The notes: generated by a model not told the origin, from the sequence alone. A stretch of DNA of 32,000 nt from Pyrobaculum aerophilum str. IM2 (GCF_000007225.1 NC_003364.1:1440001-1472000), one strand, 5' to 3'; counted from the first letter of the stretch, positions 8,834 to 18,079 are shown. Numbers and translations: made by a program.

Positions 8834-9199
8834 CTACTTCTTCTTCCTCTTCTTCTTCTCTCTGCGTTCATTTCTCCTCTTCTTCGCCTCCTCTAACAGT
8901 TTTTTGCCCTCCTCGCCTAAATTTCTCGCCAAGATATATAGAGGCTCAATTACCCTTGCAATTTTTGAATCGTTGTATACATGGACTTCTGCGAGGGATC
9001 TCCCTCTGCCGAACTCCGTCTTTATCCTTCTGACAAATACATTAGATATATCAATGCCGAGCTGTTTAGCGACCCACTCCCTTACGCTCTGCCGTGTGGG
9101 AGTAGAGGCGTTTTGATGCACTGCTTCTACTAAAAGCTCCCTCCTCGCCAACAGTTTGTTCTCACGGATGTGGACAATATTAAAGCTCTCGGCGGACAC
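8834..9199 (-). CDS. rps24e: 30S ribosomal protein S24e (eS24) with a poly-basic C-terminal tail
   Basis: [36 protein letters not shown]...[15 protein letters not shown] matches the S24e pattern. GTG start. The tail [16 protein letters not shown] is encoded by a CTT/CTC-rich run on the + strand. Confidence 0.9.
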   Translation of the reverse strand: MSAESFNIVHIRENKLLARRELLVEAVHQNASTPTRQSVREWVAKQLGIDISNVFVRRIKTEFGRGRSLAEVHVYNDSKIARVIEPLYILARNLGEEGKKLLEEAKKRRNERREKKKRKKK

Positions 9200-9218
9200 A
9201 GATGCTGGTAACGGGCAT

Positions 9219-9234
9219 CTTAAAAATTTTATTC
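9219..9234 (-). promoter_or_regulatory. TATA-like box (minus strand GAATAAAATTTTTAAG), 19 nt upstream of the rps24e GTG
   Basis: AT-rich box at the recurrent spacing. Likely promoter of the rps24e-rps27ae-kae1 operon. Confidence 0.45.
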
Positions 9235-9244
9235 TACCCTCCGG

Positions 9245-9679
9245 CTAACGCCTGCGCCTCTCTGTGGGGATAATCCTCCTTTGAAGATATTCTATAACGC
9301 CTATTACCAGCGTGGCGATTATTATGGCAAGGGCCTTTTCAAAGGAAAACTCCTTATTGACGGGGGCGAGGTATATAAACAGCTCTCTGGCCAGGGCGAC
9401 AAGCGCCACATCAATAATCTTATAGACAACTATACGCTTTTGTTCAATATATGTAATAAATGTATCAATAAGCTCTACAAATACTATTACTAAAAATACA
9501 TCGGACAACGCGTTATAAATAGCGGTGGCTAATATCTCAGGCTGTTGCAATGCCAAAATCAAATCGTATATGCGGTAAAAGGCCAGATACATTGAAAACA
9601 TTAAGAGAAGCGACGTGATGAACAAAACCACTAAATACACTAAAAACTCGCCGCGCCTAAGGCTGTCAACTATATTCAT
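9245..9679 (-). CDS. PsiE-like four-TM membrane protein
   Basis: 144 aa. The pattern FLVIVFVELIDTFITYIEQKRIVVYKIIDVALVALARELFIY resembles the phosphate-starvation-inducible PsiE family. A TATA-like TTTTTAAAA lies 20 nt upstream. Confidence 0.4.
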   Translation of the reverse strand: MNIVDSLRRGEFLVYLVVLFITSLLLMFSMYLAFYRIYDLILALQQPEILATAIYNALSDVFLVIVFVELIDTFITYIEQKRIVVYKIIDVALVALARELFIYLAPVNKEFSFEKALAIIIATLVIGVIEYLQRRIIPTERRRR

Positions 9680-9929
9680 CGATTAACGACGTTACACAGT
9701 TTTAAAAACTCCACTCCGAGTTGGGCTCGCAGCGTTTTGCTTGAGTTAAAGCGCCCACGCTGTAATTTAAACACTACACTGCGCCCATCATGCCGCCTTG
9801 ACTAAAACTAGAGAAGAGCCCCATTCGCGTGGGCTTAAAGCAAATCGTCTGGCGGATTATCAGCGGTATTTCAAGCATGCCCCCGCCCGAAAACGCAGAA
9901 CAGTTTTTACTTAAACTCGATTTACTTAC

Positions 9930-11372
9930 GTGAGGAGGACGTCATATAGGAAAAACGCTATTAAAATAGCCCTGTTGTACCCCTCTACGTACTCTGTGGC
10001 TATGTCCTCAGCGGTTTTTCATATTTTATATTTTAAACTTCAAGATGCCGGCTTTTATGTTGAGAGATTTACCGCTGATAGAGGGCCTAGGGGGATTGAA
10101 GACGGCACACCGTTGAGCCACTTTGACTATATTGTAGCCGCCGTCCACTATGAGCTCGATTACATAAATTTAGTAAAACTATTGTTAGAGGCCGGAGTCC
10201 CCCCCAGGGCAGCCCGTCGAGAGGCCCCGAGGCTAATTATAGGTGGACCTCCCGTGACGGCTAACCCGGAGCCCGTGGCGGAATTCGCAGATGTAATCGC
10301 CGTTGGGGAGTTAGAGCCGCTGTGGGATTCGTTAATCGAGTATATGACTACAGGCGAGGAGGTGGAGGGCCTCTATTACCCACAACGCGGGCCCCACCCT
10401 GTTAAAATTAGACATGCGGAGAACTGGTCCGCCGCTGACTATCGCAGAATCCCAGAGGCGGAGGCGGCCTTCAGCTTATCTGTAGAGCTGGCAAGAGGCT
10501 GTCCCTATTCCTGCCTCTTCTGTATGGAGAGCTATATTTCAAAGCCCTATAGGCCCAGGGACTGGGGAGCAGTTCTACAAGAGGCCGCTTGGCTCTACCG
10601 GAAATATGGCATTAGGCCGTCGTTAGTGGCGCTTACGGCCAGCGCCCACAGGCACTTTAAGGAATTGCTATCGGAGGCGGTCAGGCAAAAGTTACAGCTA
10701 TCTATCCCCTCTTTAAGGGCTGAGCTATTAGACGACGAAACTCTAGAACTCATAGCACAGCTGGGCCAAAGGACAATTACTATTGCCCCCGAGAGTAGCG
10801 AGAGGCTCCGGAAGGCCTTAGGCAAGGATATATCTGACGGGGAAATTATTAGAATTGTCAGGAAGGCCGCCGAGCTCGGCATGAGAGTCAAGCTTTATTT
10901 ACTAGTGGGAGTCCCCTGCGAGAGAGACGGGGATGTCCAGGATTTAAAGAGGTTGCTGGCTGAAGCGAAGAAAACAGGGGCGTATTTATACGTCAGCGTT
11001 AATCCCCTCGTGCCGAAGCCCCAGACGCCATTACAATACCACCCCATGGCGCCTATTCCCTATTTAAAAAAGGCAATAAGGGCGGTGGAAGAATCGCCGC
11101 ACGACGCCTTCTCTCACTACGACCCCGTACTCGCGGCAATACAAGCCGCCATATCTCTGGGAGGCAGAGAGGTATCTGTTCACATTGAAAATTCAGCCGC
11201 GTCTAACGCACCGTTGGGGTACTGGAAACGCTTGTTGAAAAACGGCGCTTTAGACTACGTCTTCAAGCCCAGGGACGATCCCCTGCCCTGGGGCCACGTA
11301 GAGGGCTTTTTCTCCAGCCAACAGCTAAAGTCGATGTATGAGGCCTTTTTAAAAACCGCCTGCGGCCATTAG
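9930..11372 (+). CDS. Radical SAM enzyme with an N-terminal B12-binding-like domain (uncharacterised housekeeping class)
   Basis: The motif ARGCPYSCLFCMESY carries CxxxCxxC. The C-terminal LPWGHVEGFFSSQQL resembles the conserved PW..I/V..G motif of a widespread uncharacterised rSAM family. GTG start. Confidence 0.75.
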   Translation: MRRTSYRKNAIKIALLYPSTYSVAMSSAVFHILYFKLQDAGFYVERFTADRGPRGIEDGTPLSHFDYIVAAVHYELDYINLVKLLLEAGVPPRAARREAPRLIIGGPPVTANPEPVAEFADVIAVGELEPLWDSLIEYMTTGEEVEGLYYPQRGPHPVKIRHAENWSAADYRRIPEAEAAFSLSVELARGCPYSCLFCMESYISKPYRPRDWGAVLQEAAWLYRKYGIRPSLVALTASAHRHFKELLSEAVRQKLQLSIPSLRAELLDDETLELIAQLGQRTITIAPESSERLRKALGKDISDGEIIRIVRKAAELGMRVKLYLLVGVPCERDGDVQDLKRLLAEAKKTGAYLYVSVNPLVPKPQTPLQYHPMAPIPYLKKAIRAVEESPHDAFSHYDPVLAAIQAAISLGGREVSVHIENSAASNAPLGYWKRLLKNGALDYVFKPRDDPLPWGHVEGFFSSQQLKSMYEAFLKTACGH

Positions 11373-11747
11373 CCACCAAATACAGTTATTAAAAGCGTGT
11401 AGAGCCACTGAAGCTGGGTACCCGCCGCCTTTATACATAAGACTTAACGCCACGCCGTAAAGGGAGGCTAGAAGGGGGTTGTCCTTGTGCAACACGCCGA
11501 AGATAACAACGGCGAAAACCCACGAAAGAGGGCTCGGCAGGGCGGAAAACGGCAAGACTCTAAAAACATATTCCTCAGCGAGTGGTGCCAGTATTACGGC
11601 CTCCCACCAGGGAGGGACGACAGCCGGCGGGCCCACGGCTATAAAGTCTATTGCAAACGCAATTGCGTAGATTAAAATTGCATATATTGTCCACATTGGA
11701 GCAGTGCCTCTCCACATTGCTCTTTTACGGTAGAAATATGCCAGCAC
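11349..11747 (-). CDS. Minimal CPBP-family (CAAX/Abi) intramembrane glutamic protease
   Basis: All three family motifs are present in 132 aa: EEYVFR (EExxxR), FGVLH (FxxxH) and HAFNN (HxxxN). The 3-prime end overlaps the convergent rSAM gene by 24 nt. Confidence 0.65.
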   Translation of the reverse strand: MLAYFYRKRAMWRGTAPMWTIYAILIYAIAFAIDFIAVGPPAVVPPWWEAVILAPLAEEYVFRVLPFSALPSPLSWVFAVVIFGVLHKDNPLLASLYGVALSLMYKGGGYPASVALHAFNNCIWWLMAAGGF

Positions 11748-11850
11748 TAAAACAGCTACGTAGCCCCAGGGCCTTGGAGTTTACACCATGTAAGGCCAGT
11801 ATAGACGTAATCGCGGCCGCCCTTAGAAATAGATTTTGCTCTCCGCTACT

Positions 11851-11860
11851 CTTATAATCC
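11851..11860 (+). promoter_or_regulatory. TATA-like box CTTATAATCC, 18 nt upstream of the ATG at 11879
   Basis: Same spacing as the other genes. Confidence 0.4.
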
Positions 11861-11878
11861 ACGCCCCAATTTAGATAC

Positions 11879-12520
11879 ATGGCGTATATATTTGATGAGG
11901 GCGACCACATTGTAGTCCAAATCCCGCTGGTTTATACAAAAGAGGGAGAAGTCGTTGAAGAACTGGCGGAGCTTGTAGTGGAGAAAAACGGCAAAGTATT
12001 AAAAGGCCAGTTCGCCTCTGTACAAGAGGCGTATTTTAAAGCGTTAGAGCAATTATCAAAGGCGTTAAGCCAGACGGAGAATTTTCTCGACGGGCTTGAG
12101 TATAAGCTGGAGATGGAGGAAAATGTAAAGCCCAGCGAAATATATACAGCCTCGTATATGGCCCACGCCTTATACTACCACGCAGTTCATTTATACCAAC
12201 TCGGCGTAGAGCTATACAGGAGGGGTCTAGTCACGCACAGGCAGCTTAACTTCTCCCGAACTCTGCGCAGAAATGCCCTCATGCTCCGTAGATATGCAAG
12301 AGACGTCAGGCTGCTCCACGCCACAGTAGTTCAGCTCTTGCTGAACGCGTCAATGAAAAAACTGACATGGCTCGGAACAGTGGTCCTGCCCGCCCTCCTC
12401 ATAACCAGTTTTTACGGAATGAATTTAACTTGGCTACCCCTTGCCGACCGCCCAGAGGCCGTGTTTTTAATTCTCGCGCTTGTTACAATAGCCTTTGCAT
12501 ATTTAATAAACAAAATTTAA
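11879..12520 (+). CDS. corA: Short CorA-family divalent cation transporter
   Basis: C-terminal two TM helices with the SFYGMN (GMN) signature. At 213 aa it is much shorter than canonical CorA (about 320 aa), so the cytosolic domain is reduced. Confidence 0.7.
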   Translation: MAYIFDEGDHIVVQIPLVYTKEGEVVEELAELVVEKNGKVLKGQFASVQEAYFKALEQLSKALSQTENFLDGLEYKLEMEENVKPSEIYTASYMAHALYYHAVHLYQLGVELYRRGLVTHRQLNFSRTLRRNALMLRRYARDVRLLHATVVQLLLNASMKKLTWLGTVVLPALLITSFYGMNLTWLPLADRPEAVFLILALVTIAFAYLINKI

Positions 12521-12542
12521 ATAGGAGCTCATCGCCGTAATT

Positions 12543-13412
12543 GTGTTGTTGTTGCCGAATATAGACTTTATTGTTGAACCCGCGGAGGCCGTGGAGACAA
12601 TAAAAGCCGCATATTTCGCCGAGGCTAAATTCCTCCCCCGCCAAGCGCTAACCGTGGGGGACACTTGGTTTGCCCCTATGGTCGGATATCTCCCCGGCGC
12701 GGGGATTGCGGTGAAGCTAGTGGGAATATACCCCAAGGCCACTCCCAGAGTTAAGGCAGTAGTCATAGTATTTGATAAGGATATGGGGACGCCGCTTGCC
12801 TTGATAAACGGAACTCAGCTCACAGCGTGGAGAACTGCCGCCGCCAGCGGCGTCGTCGCCAAAACCCTCGGCGTAAATCCAGGCGAAGTGGGCATAATAG
12901 GAGCTGGAGTGCAGGGGGAGTACCACCTCAGAGTTTTCAAAGCCCTTTACCCCGGGGCAAAATACAAAATTTACAATAGGGATTCTAAAAAGGCGGAGGA
13001 CCTCGGCAAGAGGTATGGGGCAATTCCCTCTTCGCTGGGGGATGTTTTAAAAAGCGATTTAATAATTGCGGCAACGGCTTCAACATCGCCAGTAGTACGA
13101 GGCGCCGAGCTTAAAAACGGGGCCGTGGTGATATCTATTGGAGCTCCGCGTCCTGTGAGAGAGCTAGACGACGACGTCAAGAAGAGGGCTGGTTGCATGC
13201 TAGTGGACAACCCCCACGCCGTTGATGAGACTGACGACATAGGCCAAAACTGGGTGTATGTGGGGGACTTCTTAAAAGGCGCTTCGTGCAATTTCGGCGA
13301 AATAGCCGTGTATAAGTCCGTCGGAAATCCGCTTTTTGATGCGGCGTTTGCTAACTACGTGTTGGAAAAAGCTAAAAAATTAGGGGTCGCCGTTGAGATA
13401 AAGTGGGACTGA
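12543..13412 (+). CDS. Ornithine cyclodeaminase / mu-crystallin family NAD(P) enzyme (archaeal alanine dehydrogenase-like)
   Basis: LTAWRTAAASGVVAKTL followed by IIGAGVQGEYHL (Rossmann) is the family hallmark. GTG start, so the start position is uncertain. Confidence 0.8.
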   Translation: MLLLPNIDFIVEPAEAVETIKAAYFAEAKFLPRQALTVGDTWFAPMVGYLPGAGIAVKLVGIYPKATPRVKAVVIVFDKDMGTPLALINGTQLTAWRTAAASGVVAKTLGVNPGEVGIIGAGVQGEYHLRVFKALYPGAKYKIYNRDSKKAEDLGKRYGAIPSSLGDVLKSDLIIAATASTSPVVRGAELKNGAVVISIGAPRPVRELDDDVKKRAGCMLVDNPHAVDETDDIGQNWVYVGDFLKGASCNFGEIAVYKSVGNPLFDAAFANYVLEKAKKLGVAVEIKWD

Positions 13413-14758
13413 TTATCACGTGGGATAGGGGCACTGTCTTGCTAGATGGTCACATCCCAGAGGAGATTAGAGAGCTCTCCTTTCTCAAATATGATCACAG
13501 GGTGGGGAAATACAGAGCGTTGGCGATATATTACCCGCGCATTTCCGCCATAGCAAAAGCGCTGGGAGTTGAGATAGAGGATAGGGTGTGGAACCCGCAT
13601 TGCGCAGAGGTTAAAGCGGCGTCTGAGGTGAGGCTCAGGAGCTATCAAGCTGAGGCCTTAAAGGCGTGGTTGAAGACTAAGAGAGGCGTTGTAGTAATGC
13701 CCACAGGCGCCGGCAAAACCCACGTGGCTATAGGGGCCATTGCCGAGATTAAAGAGCCCGCCCTAGTAGTAGTGCCGACAGTGGAGTTAGTACAACAATG
13801 GCGCAGTAAGCTACGACACTATTTCCCCGGCCGCGTCGGCGTGTGGTACGGCGATGAGAAAAGGGAAAGCTGTATTACGGTGATTACTTACGACTCGGCC
13901 TACTCGGCGATTGAGGCCTTGGGTAATAAGTACAAGCTTTTAGTATTTGACGAAGTCCACCACTTGCCGTCTCCCTCCTATAGACAAATCGCAGAGCTGA
14001 GCCCGGCGCCTTACCGCCTGGGACTGACGGCCACGCCGGAGAGGGCAGATTATCTACACGTGGATTTAGACTGGCTAGTTGGCCCCGTTGTTTACCGCAT
14101 TTCAGCCGCCGACATAAAGGGGGTTTGGACAGCTGATTACGAAATTGAAGTAATTAGAGTTCAGTTAAAGGAATTTGAGAAGAAGCTTTACAAAGAGCTT
14201 GAGGCGATTTACAGGGGGTATATTAGGAAAAAGGGGCTGAGGTTTAGATCCCCCGCGGACTTCGAAAAACTAGTGGCCTTGGCGGGGCGGGATCCGGAGG
14301 CAAAGAGGGCGTTGGAGGCTTGGCATAAAATGAGGCGCTTGTTATTCGAAACCGAGGCGAAGGTGGACGCAGTGGGGGAGCTGTTGGCCAAACACCGCAA
14401 TTCAAAAATTCTCATTTTCACAGAGTATACATCGCTGGCCAGGGCGGTGTCAGAACGCTATTTAATCCCCCTGGTGACTCACGACATCTACCCACAAGAG
14501 CGGGAGCAAATAATGGCGATGTTCCGCAGGGGGGAGCTCAAGGCCTTAGTCACTGGCAAAGTTCTCGATGAAGGAGTCGACGTGCCCGACGTAGACGTCG
14601 TAATTATCCTAGGCGGCACTTCTAGCACTAGGCAGTTCGTCCAGAGGATGGGGAGGGCATTGAGGCTGAAGCCCCACAAGGCGAAGATCTACGAGGTAAT
14701 CACCGCCGGAACCCGCGAGGTTGACGCAGCCCGCAGGCGGAAAAAGGGAGTTGTATGA
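13403..14758 (+). CDS. xpb: XPB/Rad25-type SF2 DNA helicase/translocase
   Basis: N-terminal damage-recognition-like domain, Walker A MPTGAGKT, Walker B DEVHH, motif III LTAT, and a C-terminal RecA2 domain (VLDEGVDVPD, QRMGRALR). Followed by bax1 with a 4-nt overlap. Confidence 0.9.
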   Translation: MGLIITWDRGTVLLDGHIPEEIRELSFLKYDHRVGKYRALAIYYPRISAIAKALGVEIEDRVWNPHCAEVKAASEVRLRSYQAEALKAWLKTKRGVVVMPTGAGKTHVAIGAIAEIKEPALVVVPTVELVQQWRSKLRHYFPGRVGVWYGDEKRESCITVITYDSAYSAIEALGNKYKLLVFDEVHHLPSPSYRQIAELSPAPYRLGLTATPERADYLHVDLDWLVGPVVYRISAADIKGVWTADYEIEVIRVQLKEFEKKLYKELEAIYRGYIRKKGLRFRSPADFEKLVALAGRDPEAKRALEAWHKMRRLLFETEAKVDAVGELLAKHRNSKILIFTEYTSLARAVSERYLIPLVTHDIYPQEREQIMAMFRRGELKALVTGKVLDEGVDVPDVDVVIILGGTSSTRQFVQRMGRALRLKPHKAKIYEVITAGTREVDAARRRKKGVV

Positions 14759-15891
14759 TACCTATCGACTACCTCAGGGCGTCGAGGAAGGGGAGGGAGG
14801 TTAGGCCTAGGTATTTAAACGACGACAAAATTGCGTCGGAGGTTATTAATATGGCGAAATCGGCCAAAACTCTGGGGGAGTTTAGAAACGCCGTTGAGTT
14901 AATTAGCAGCGATAAAAAACTCGTCAGAGGCTTGGCACATGTATTGGAACAGCTCATAGAAATTGAGAAAATAGACTCAAAACTAGTTACCAGGACGAGG
15001 CTTGAAGTGTTCAAAGCGGCGTCCGCACTGGGATACCCATTGACGGAGGAAGAGAGGGAGAGGGTTTTCCAAACTGTCGCCGCGAGGCTCAAAATGGGAG
15101 TTAATGAGGTCAAGGCGCTGTTTTTAAAGGCCTACGAGGAAAATAGGCTAATAGTAAAAGCGCCGGATATACAACCGAAACAACTAGTGGAGATGTACAA
15201 CCTAGCCCTCATCCAAGCCTTGTTGTTTAAATCGCTTTATGTCAAGGCGCTTCTGCCCAACGCCCCGGCGTTACTAAAAGGCCTTATTAGAGCCGTCAAG
15301 GGGCTCGGGCTGATGTATATAGTAGAGATAAACGGCGGACAGTTAGAATTCCGCTTTGACGGCCCCGTATCCGCTCTGAGACAGACAGAGAGGTACGGGA
15401 CAAGGCTTGCGAAATTAGTGCCGTATATAACATCGGCGGAGAAATGGGAGATAGAAGCCCAGGTAAAACTCGGCGAGAGGATATACGTCTTTAAGGAGAG
15501 CGGGCGCACGGCGCCTCCTCTGCCCAAAACGCCGCCTCACGCAGAGCAATTTGACAGCTTAGTGGAACAAGAGTTTTACAAACAAGTTAGTAAAATCTGC
15601 CACGTTGAGCGAGAGCCCGAGGCGCTGGTAGTAGACGGCCGAGTTTACATACCCGACTTTAAAATCGGCGATCTCTACGTGGAAATAGTCGGCTTCTGGA
15701 CGCCAGACTATCTCAAACGGAAATATGAGAAAATAACAAAAGTGGGGAAGCCCCTCCTAGTCCTCGTCTCCGAGGAATTGGCCATGGCCACGTGGAAGCA
15801 GTTAATGCCAAACGTGGTGGTTTTTAAAGACAGGCCCAGACTCAGCGACGTGTTTAAATACATAAAGCCTTATTGTGTTAACCATCGTTAA
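14755..15891 (+). CDS. bax1: Bax1 (DUF790) nuclease, partner of archaeal XPB
   Basis: 378 aa. The start overlaps the xpb stop. The C-terminal PD-(D/E)xK-like module is YIPDFKIGDLYVEIVGFWTPDYLKRK. This is the conserved xpb-bax1 arrangement. Confidence 0.85.
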   Translation: MIPIDYLRASRKGREVRPRYLNDDKIASEVINMAKSAKTLGEFRNAVELISSDKKLVRGLAHVLEQLIEIEKIDSKLVTRTRLEVFKAASALGYPLTEEERERVFQTVAARLKMGVNEVKALFLKAYEENRLIVKAPDIQPKQLVEMYNLALIQALLFKSLYVKALLPNAPALLKGLIRAVKGLGLMYIVEINGGQLEFRFDGPVSALRQTERYGTRLAKLVPYITSAEKWEIEAQVKLGERIYVFKESGRTAPPLPKTPPHAEQFDSLVEQEFYKQVSKICHVEREPEALVVDGRVYIPDFKIGDLYVEIVGFWTPDYLKRKYEKITKVGKPLLVLVSEELAMATWKQLMPNVVVFKDRPRLSDVFKYIKPYCVNHR

Positions 15892-16026
15892 GGGGCTGCG
15901 CACATTGAGAGGCGCGAGGCGAAGGCATGGGGGCGGGCCGGACTGCGTATACACAGTCAGATCACAATACCAAGTGCAACAGAGGAAAGGGCAGCTATCC
16001 AGGGGAGCCCGGGGAGGAAAGATGAC

Positions 16027-16560
16027 TTAATACTCGCCCTTTCCGTACCGCCCCAAGTAGTACTCTACTACTTTTTTCAACGCCCTCCTGAGCTTTCTAT
16101 CTGCGGCGGAGGGGGATATGCCCATCATAGAGGCCAGCTCTCGAAGCGAAACCTTCCTACTCTCGTCGAAAAACCCAAATTTATAAGCTAATTCCAGCAG
16201 TCTAAGTTGCTCTTCTGTCAAGTCGGGATCTTTGATAAATTTCGCCCTGCCCAACACCCTCGGCTGAAGCCCGCGCTCGTGAAGTTCTCTTAGAATTTTA
16301 GCCAGCTGGTAAGTATTGGCCACTAAAACCACTAACGCCTTGCCTCCACATATCTTCCCGCCCACCAGTACCGCGCCGTTCCTCAGAGCCGTCTCGCACG
16401 GCTCACATTCTATTTTTGAAAGCTGTCTATCTGCGAGGACAACGTGTGTCATATTCATCCCGACAATCTCGCCGCACACGTCGCTGTCGGGGTATTTAAA
16501 AGAGACTGTGACTCTTAAAGCCATGGCATAGAGAAGGGAGTAGAATAAATACGTTAACAT
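16027..16560 (-). CDS. HTH_10 (bacterio-opsin activator type) transcriptional regulator with a Cys-containing N-terminal domain
   Basis: C-terminus LTEEQLRLLELAYKFGFFDESRKVSLRELASMMGISPSAADRKLRRALKKV is a typical HTH_10 pattern. Divergent from the ferredoxin/rSAM pair. Confidence 0.75.
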   Translation of the reverse strand: MLTYLFYSLLYAMALRVTVSFKYPDSDVCGEIVGMNMTHVVLADRQLSKIECEPCETALRNGAVLVGGKICGGKALVVLVANTYQLAKILRELHERGLQPRVLGRAKFIKDPDLTEEQLRLLELAYKFGFFDESRKVSLRELASMMGISPSAADRKLRRALKKVVEYYLGRYGKGEY

Positions 16561-16626
16561 GTTTCACCGATCCCAGCTTCAATATTTTACGTAGGCGGAT
16601 AAATATGAGGTTTTACTTTCTCAGCC

Positions 16627-16953
16627 ATGGCGGCGGAGCTAGCTAAATACCAAAGGGTGTTAATAGACCAAGACACTTGTATAAGTTGTGGCGCTTGTGT
16701 GGCGGCATGTCCTTACCAAGCGCTTGAGCTAGATGAAAACGGCAAGGCGAGGCTAATTTGGGAAATGTGTAAAGACGACTTTTCTTGCGTCGCCGTATGT
16801 CCTGTGAAATGTATATACAAGGTAAGTGAGGCGCCGGCAGAATTAAAGGGAAAGAAGGGCTGGTACAGGTTTGGGAAGGCGCTTTCGCCAGAGGAGCAGA
16901 AAGCCTACGAGGAGTGGAAGGCCAAATTCGGAGTCACGGCGCCTCCCGTGTAA
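16627..16953 (+). CDS. 2x[4Fe-4S] ferredoxin with a C-terminal basic extension
   Basis: CISCGACVAACP and CKDDFSCVAVCP cluster motifs. A TATA-like ATAAATAT lies 20 nt upstream. Confidence 0.85.
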   Translation: MAAELAKYQRVLIDQDTCISCGACVAACPYQALELDENGKARLIWEMCKDDFSCVAVCPVKCIYKVSEAPAELKGKKGWYRFGKALSPEEQKAYEEWKAKFGVTAPPV

Positions 16954-16984
16954 CAAATTTATATCCCCAACCCCTCTTTTTTCC

Positions 16985-18079
16985 GTGGGTTTTTGTAAAT
17001 TATGTGGCAAGAGCAGTATAACAATTTCAAATTTTCTCGGCGTTTGCGTAGACTGCCTCAGGGGAAGGCCCCGGCAGGCACTAGAGATAGCAAAGAGAGC
17101 CCACATAATTAGCAGGGGCAAGTTTAATTTGCCCATAGAGGCGCCTACTAAAGGCGTGCCGTGTGGAATTTGTGGGAGGGGCTGCCTAATCCCCGAGGGC
17201 GGCGTCGGCTACTGCGGACTGGTGAGAAATATCGGCGGGCGGCTGGTGAGGCCAGGCGGGGAGATATCCAAGGGCGTGCTCTCCTACTACTACGACCCCA
17301 TTCCCACGAACTGCGTGGCCGATTGGGTGTGCCCGGCCACTACGGGGAGGGGGTATCCAAAATTCTCTAAATCCCCTTGGGGCGAGGCGGGCTATTATAA
17401 CCTCGCTGTTTTCTACGGGGCATGCGGCCTAGACTGCCTTTACTGTCAAAACTGGCAGTACAGAGAGTACCCGGCGCGGCCTAGGCTTGTCGCCGTCGAG
17501 GAGCTTGAAAAGGCAATGAACAGGCGCGTCACGTGCGTCTGCTTTTTCGGCGGCGACCCAGGCCCCCAGACTGTCCACGCGCTTATGGTGGCAAAGAAAG
17601 CGGCGGAAAAAGGGGTAAGAGTGTGTTGGGAGACCAGCGGCCAGCTGGCCCCCCACTTGTTAGACAGGATTGTAGATTTCTCGTTGAGAACGGGGGGCAT
17701 TGTCAAATTTGATTTAAAGGCCTTTACCCCCAGCGTTTATAAAGCTCTTACAGACGGGGAGGTAGACGTGGCGTTGAGAAATTTCAAAGTCGCGGCTAGG
17801 AGGTTTAGGGAGAGGCCGGAGGTTCCCCTCGTCGTTGCGTCTATTCTCCTCGTCCCAGGATATGTAGATGCTGTTGAAGTGGATTTATTAACTAAGTTTA
17901 TCGCGCGTATTGATCCCGAGATACCCACTAGATTTCTCGCCTTTCACCCCGACTATCTGCTTAGGGATCTTCCGCCTACTTCTATTAAACACGCAGAAGA
18001 AGCTGTTAGAATAGCTAAAGAAAACGGTCTTATGGAGGTAAGTATTAGAAACCAGTGGCTACTCGGCGATTATTACTAA
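16985..18079 (+). CDS. Radical SAM activase-type enzyme (PflA / AmmeMemoRadiSam-like) with an N-terminal Cys-rich region
   Basis: FYGACGLDCLYCQNWQY carries CxxxCxxC plus NW. The upstream CGICGRGCLIPEGGVGYCGLVRNIGGRLV is typical of this class. The ORF-track start at 16871 overlaps the ferredoxin, so I prefer the in-frame GTG at 16985 (VGFCKLCGK...), 31 nt after the ferredoxin stop. Confidence 0.8.
   Translation: MGFCKLCGKSSITISNFLGVCVDCLRGRPRQALEIAKRAHIISRGKFNLPIEAPTKGVPCGICGRGCLIPEGGVGYCGLVRNIGGRLVRPGGEISKGVLSYYYDPIPTNCVADWVCPATTGRGYPKFSKSPWGEAGYYNLAVFYGACGLDCLYCQNWQYREYPARPRLVAVEELEKAMNRRVTCVCFFGGDPGPQTVHALMVAKKAAEKGVRVCWETSGQLAPHLLDRIVDFSLRTGGIVKFDLKAFTPSVYKALTDGEVDVALRNFKVAARRFRERPEVPLVVASILLVPGYVDAVEVDLLTKFIARIDPEIPTRFLAFHPDYLLRDLPPTSIKHAEEAVRIAKENGLMEVSIRNQWLLGDYY

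Noticed and set aside
8808-9116. A + strand ORF with a poly-Phe/Ser/Leu run ([16 protein letters not shown]) and a CTT/CTC-rich simple repeat at 8830-8880.
   Set aside because: It is the antisense image of the lysine/arginine-rich C-terminal tail of S24e and the N-terminus of S27ae. It is neither an independent gene nor a regulatory repeat.
9829-9933. A 34-codon upstream ORF (GTG...ACG TGA) whose stop overlaps the radical SAM GTG start (GTGA), with a CPBP protease gene at the other end. I considered a RiPP precursor plus maturase plus protease cluster.
   Set aside because: The radical SAM protein lacks a SPASM or auxiliary-cluster domain and resembles a widespread housekeeping family. The peptide has no Cys/Ser/Thr-rich core. 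The CPBP gene is convergent, not co-transcribed. A likely TATA box for the rSAM gene lies inside the small ORF.
11725-11910. The 61-aa ORF overlapping the CPBP start, considered as the N-terminal half of a frameshifted, longer CPBP protease.
   Set aside because: The CPBP frame has a TAA stop just upstream of its GTG. The 132-aa product already contains all three catalytic motifs. The 61-aa ORF also overlaps the corA promoter and start on the other strand.
15892-16044. A GC-rich 135-nt convergent spacer containing GAGGAAAG twice (15982, 16013), AGUGCAACAGAG, and a 9-bp complement GGAAAGGGC/GCCCTTTCC (15984-15992 / 16036-16044). I considered an RNase P RNA.
   Set aside because: The CR-I-like match lacks the UCC that follows in real RNase P RNAs. 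No P4 partner strand or ACAGAA...GGCUUA element is present. The second arm of the 9-bp stem lies inside the HTH gene coding region. A 12-nt match to a remembered 377-nt RNA is expected by chance at this search size.
16871-16984. The ORF-track start of the radical SAM gene at 16871, which would overlap the ferredoxin gene by 83 nt.
   Set aside because: The first 38 codons (MGRRFRQRSRKPTRSGRPNSESRRLPCNKFISPTPLFS) look like out-of-frame translation of the ferredoxin 3-prime end. An in-frame GTG at 16985, just after the ferredoxin stop, begins the Cys-rich domain.
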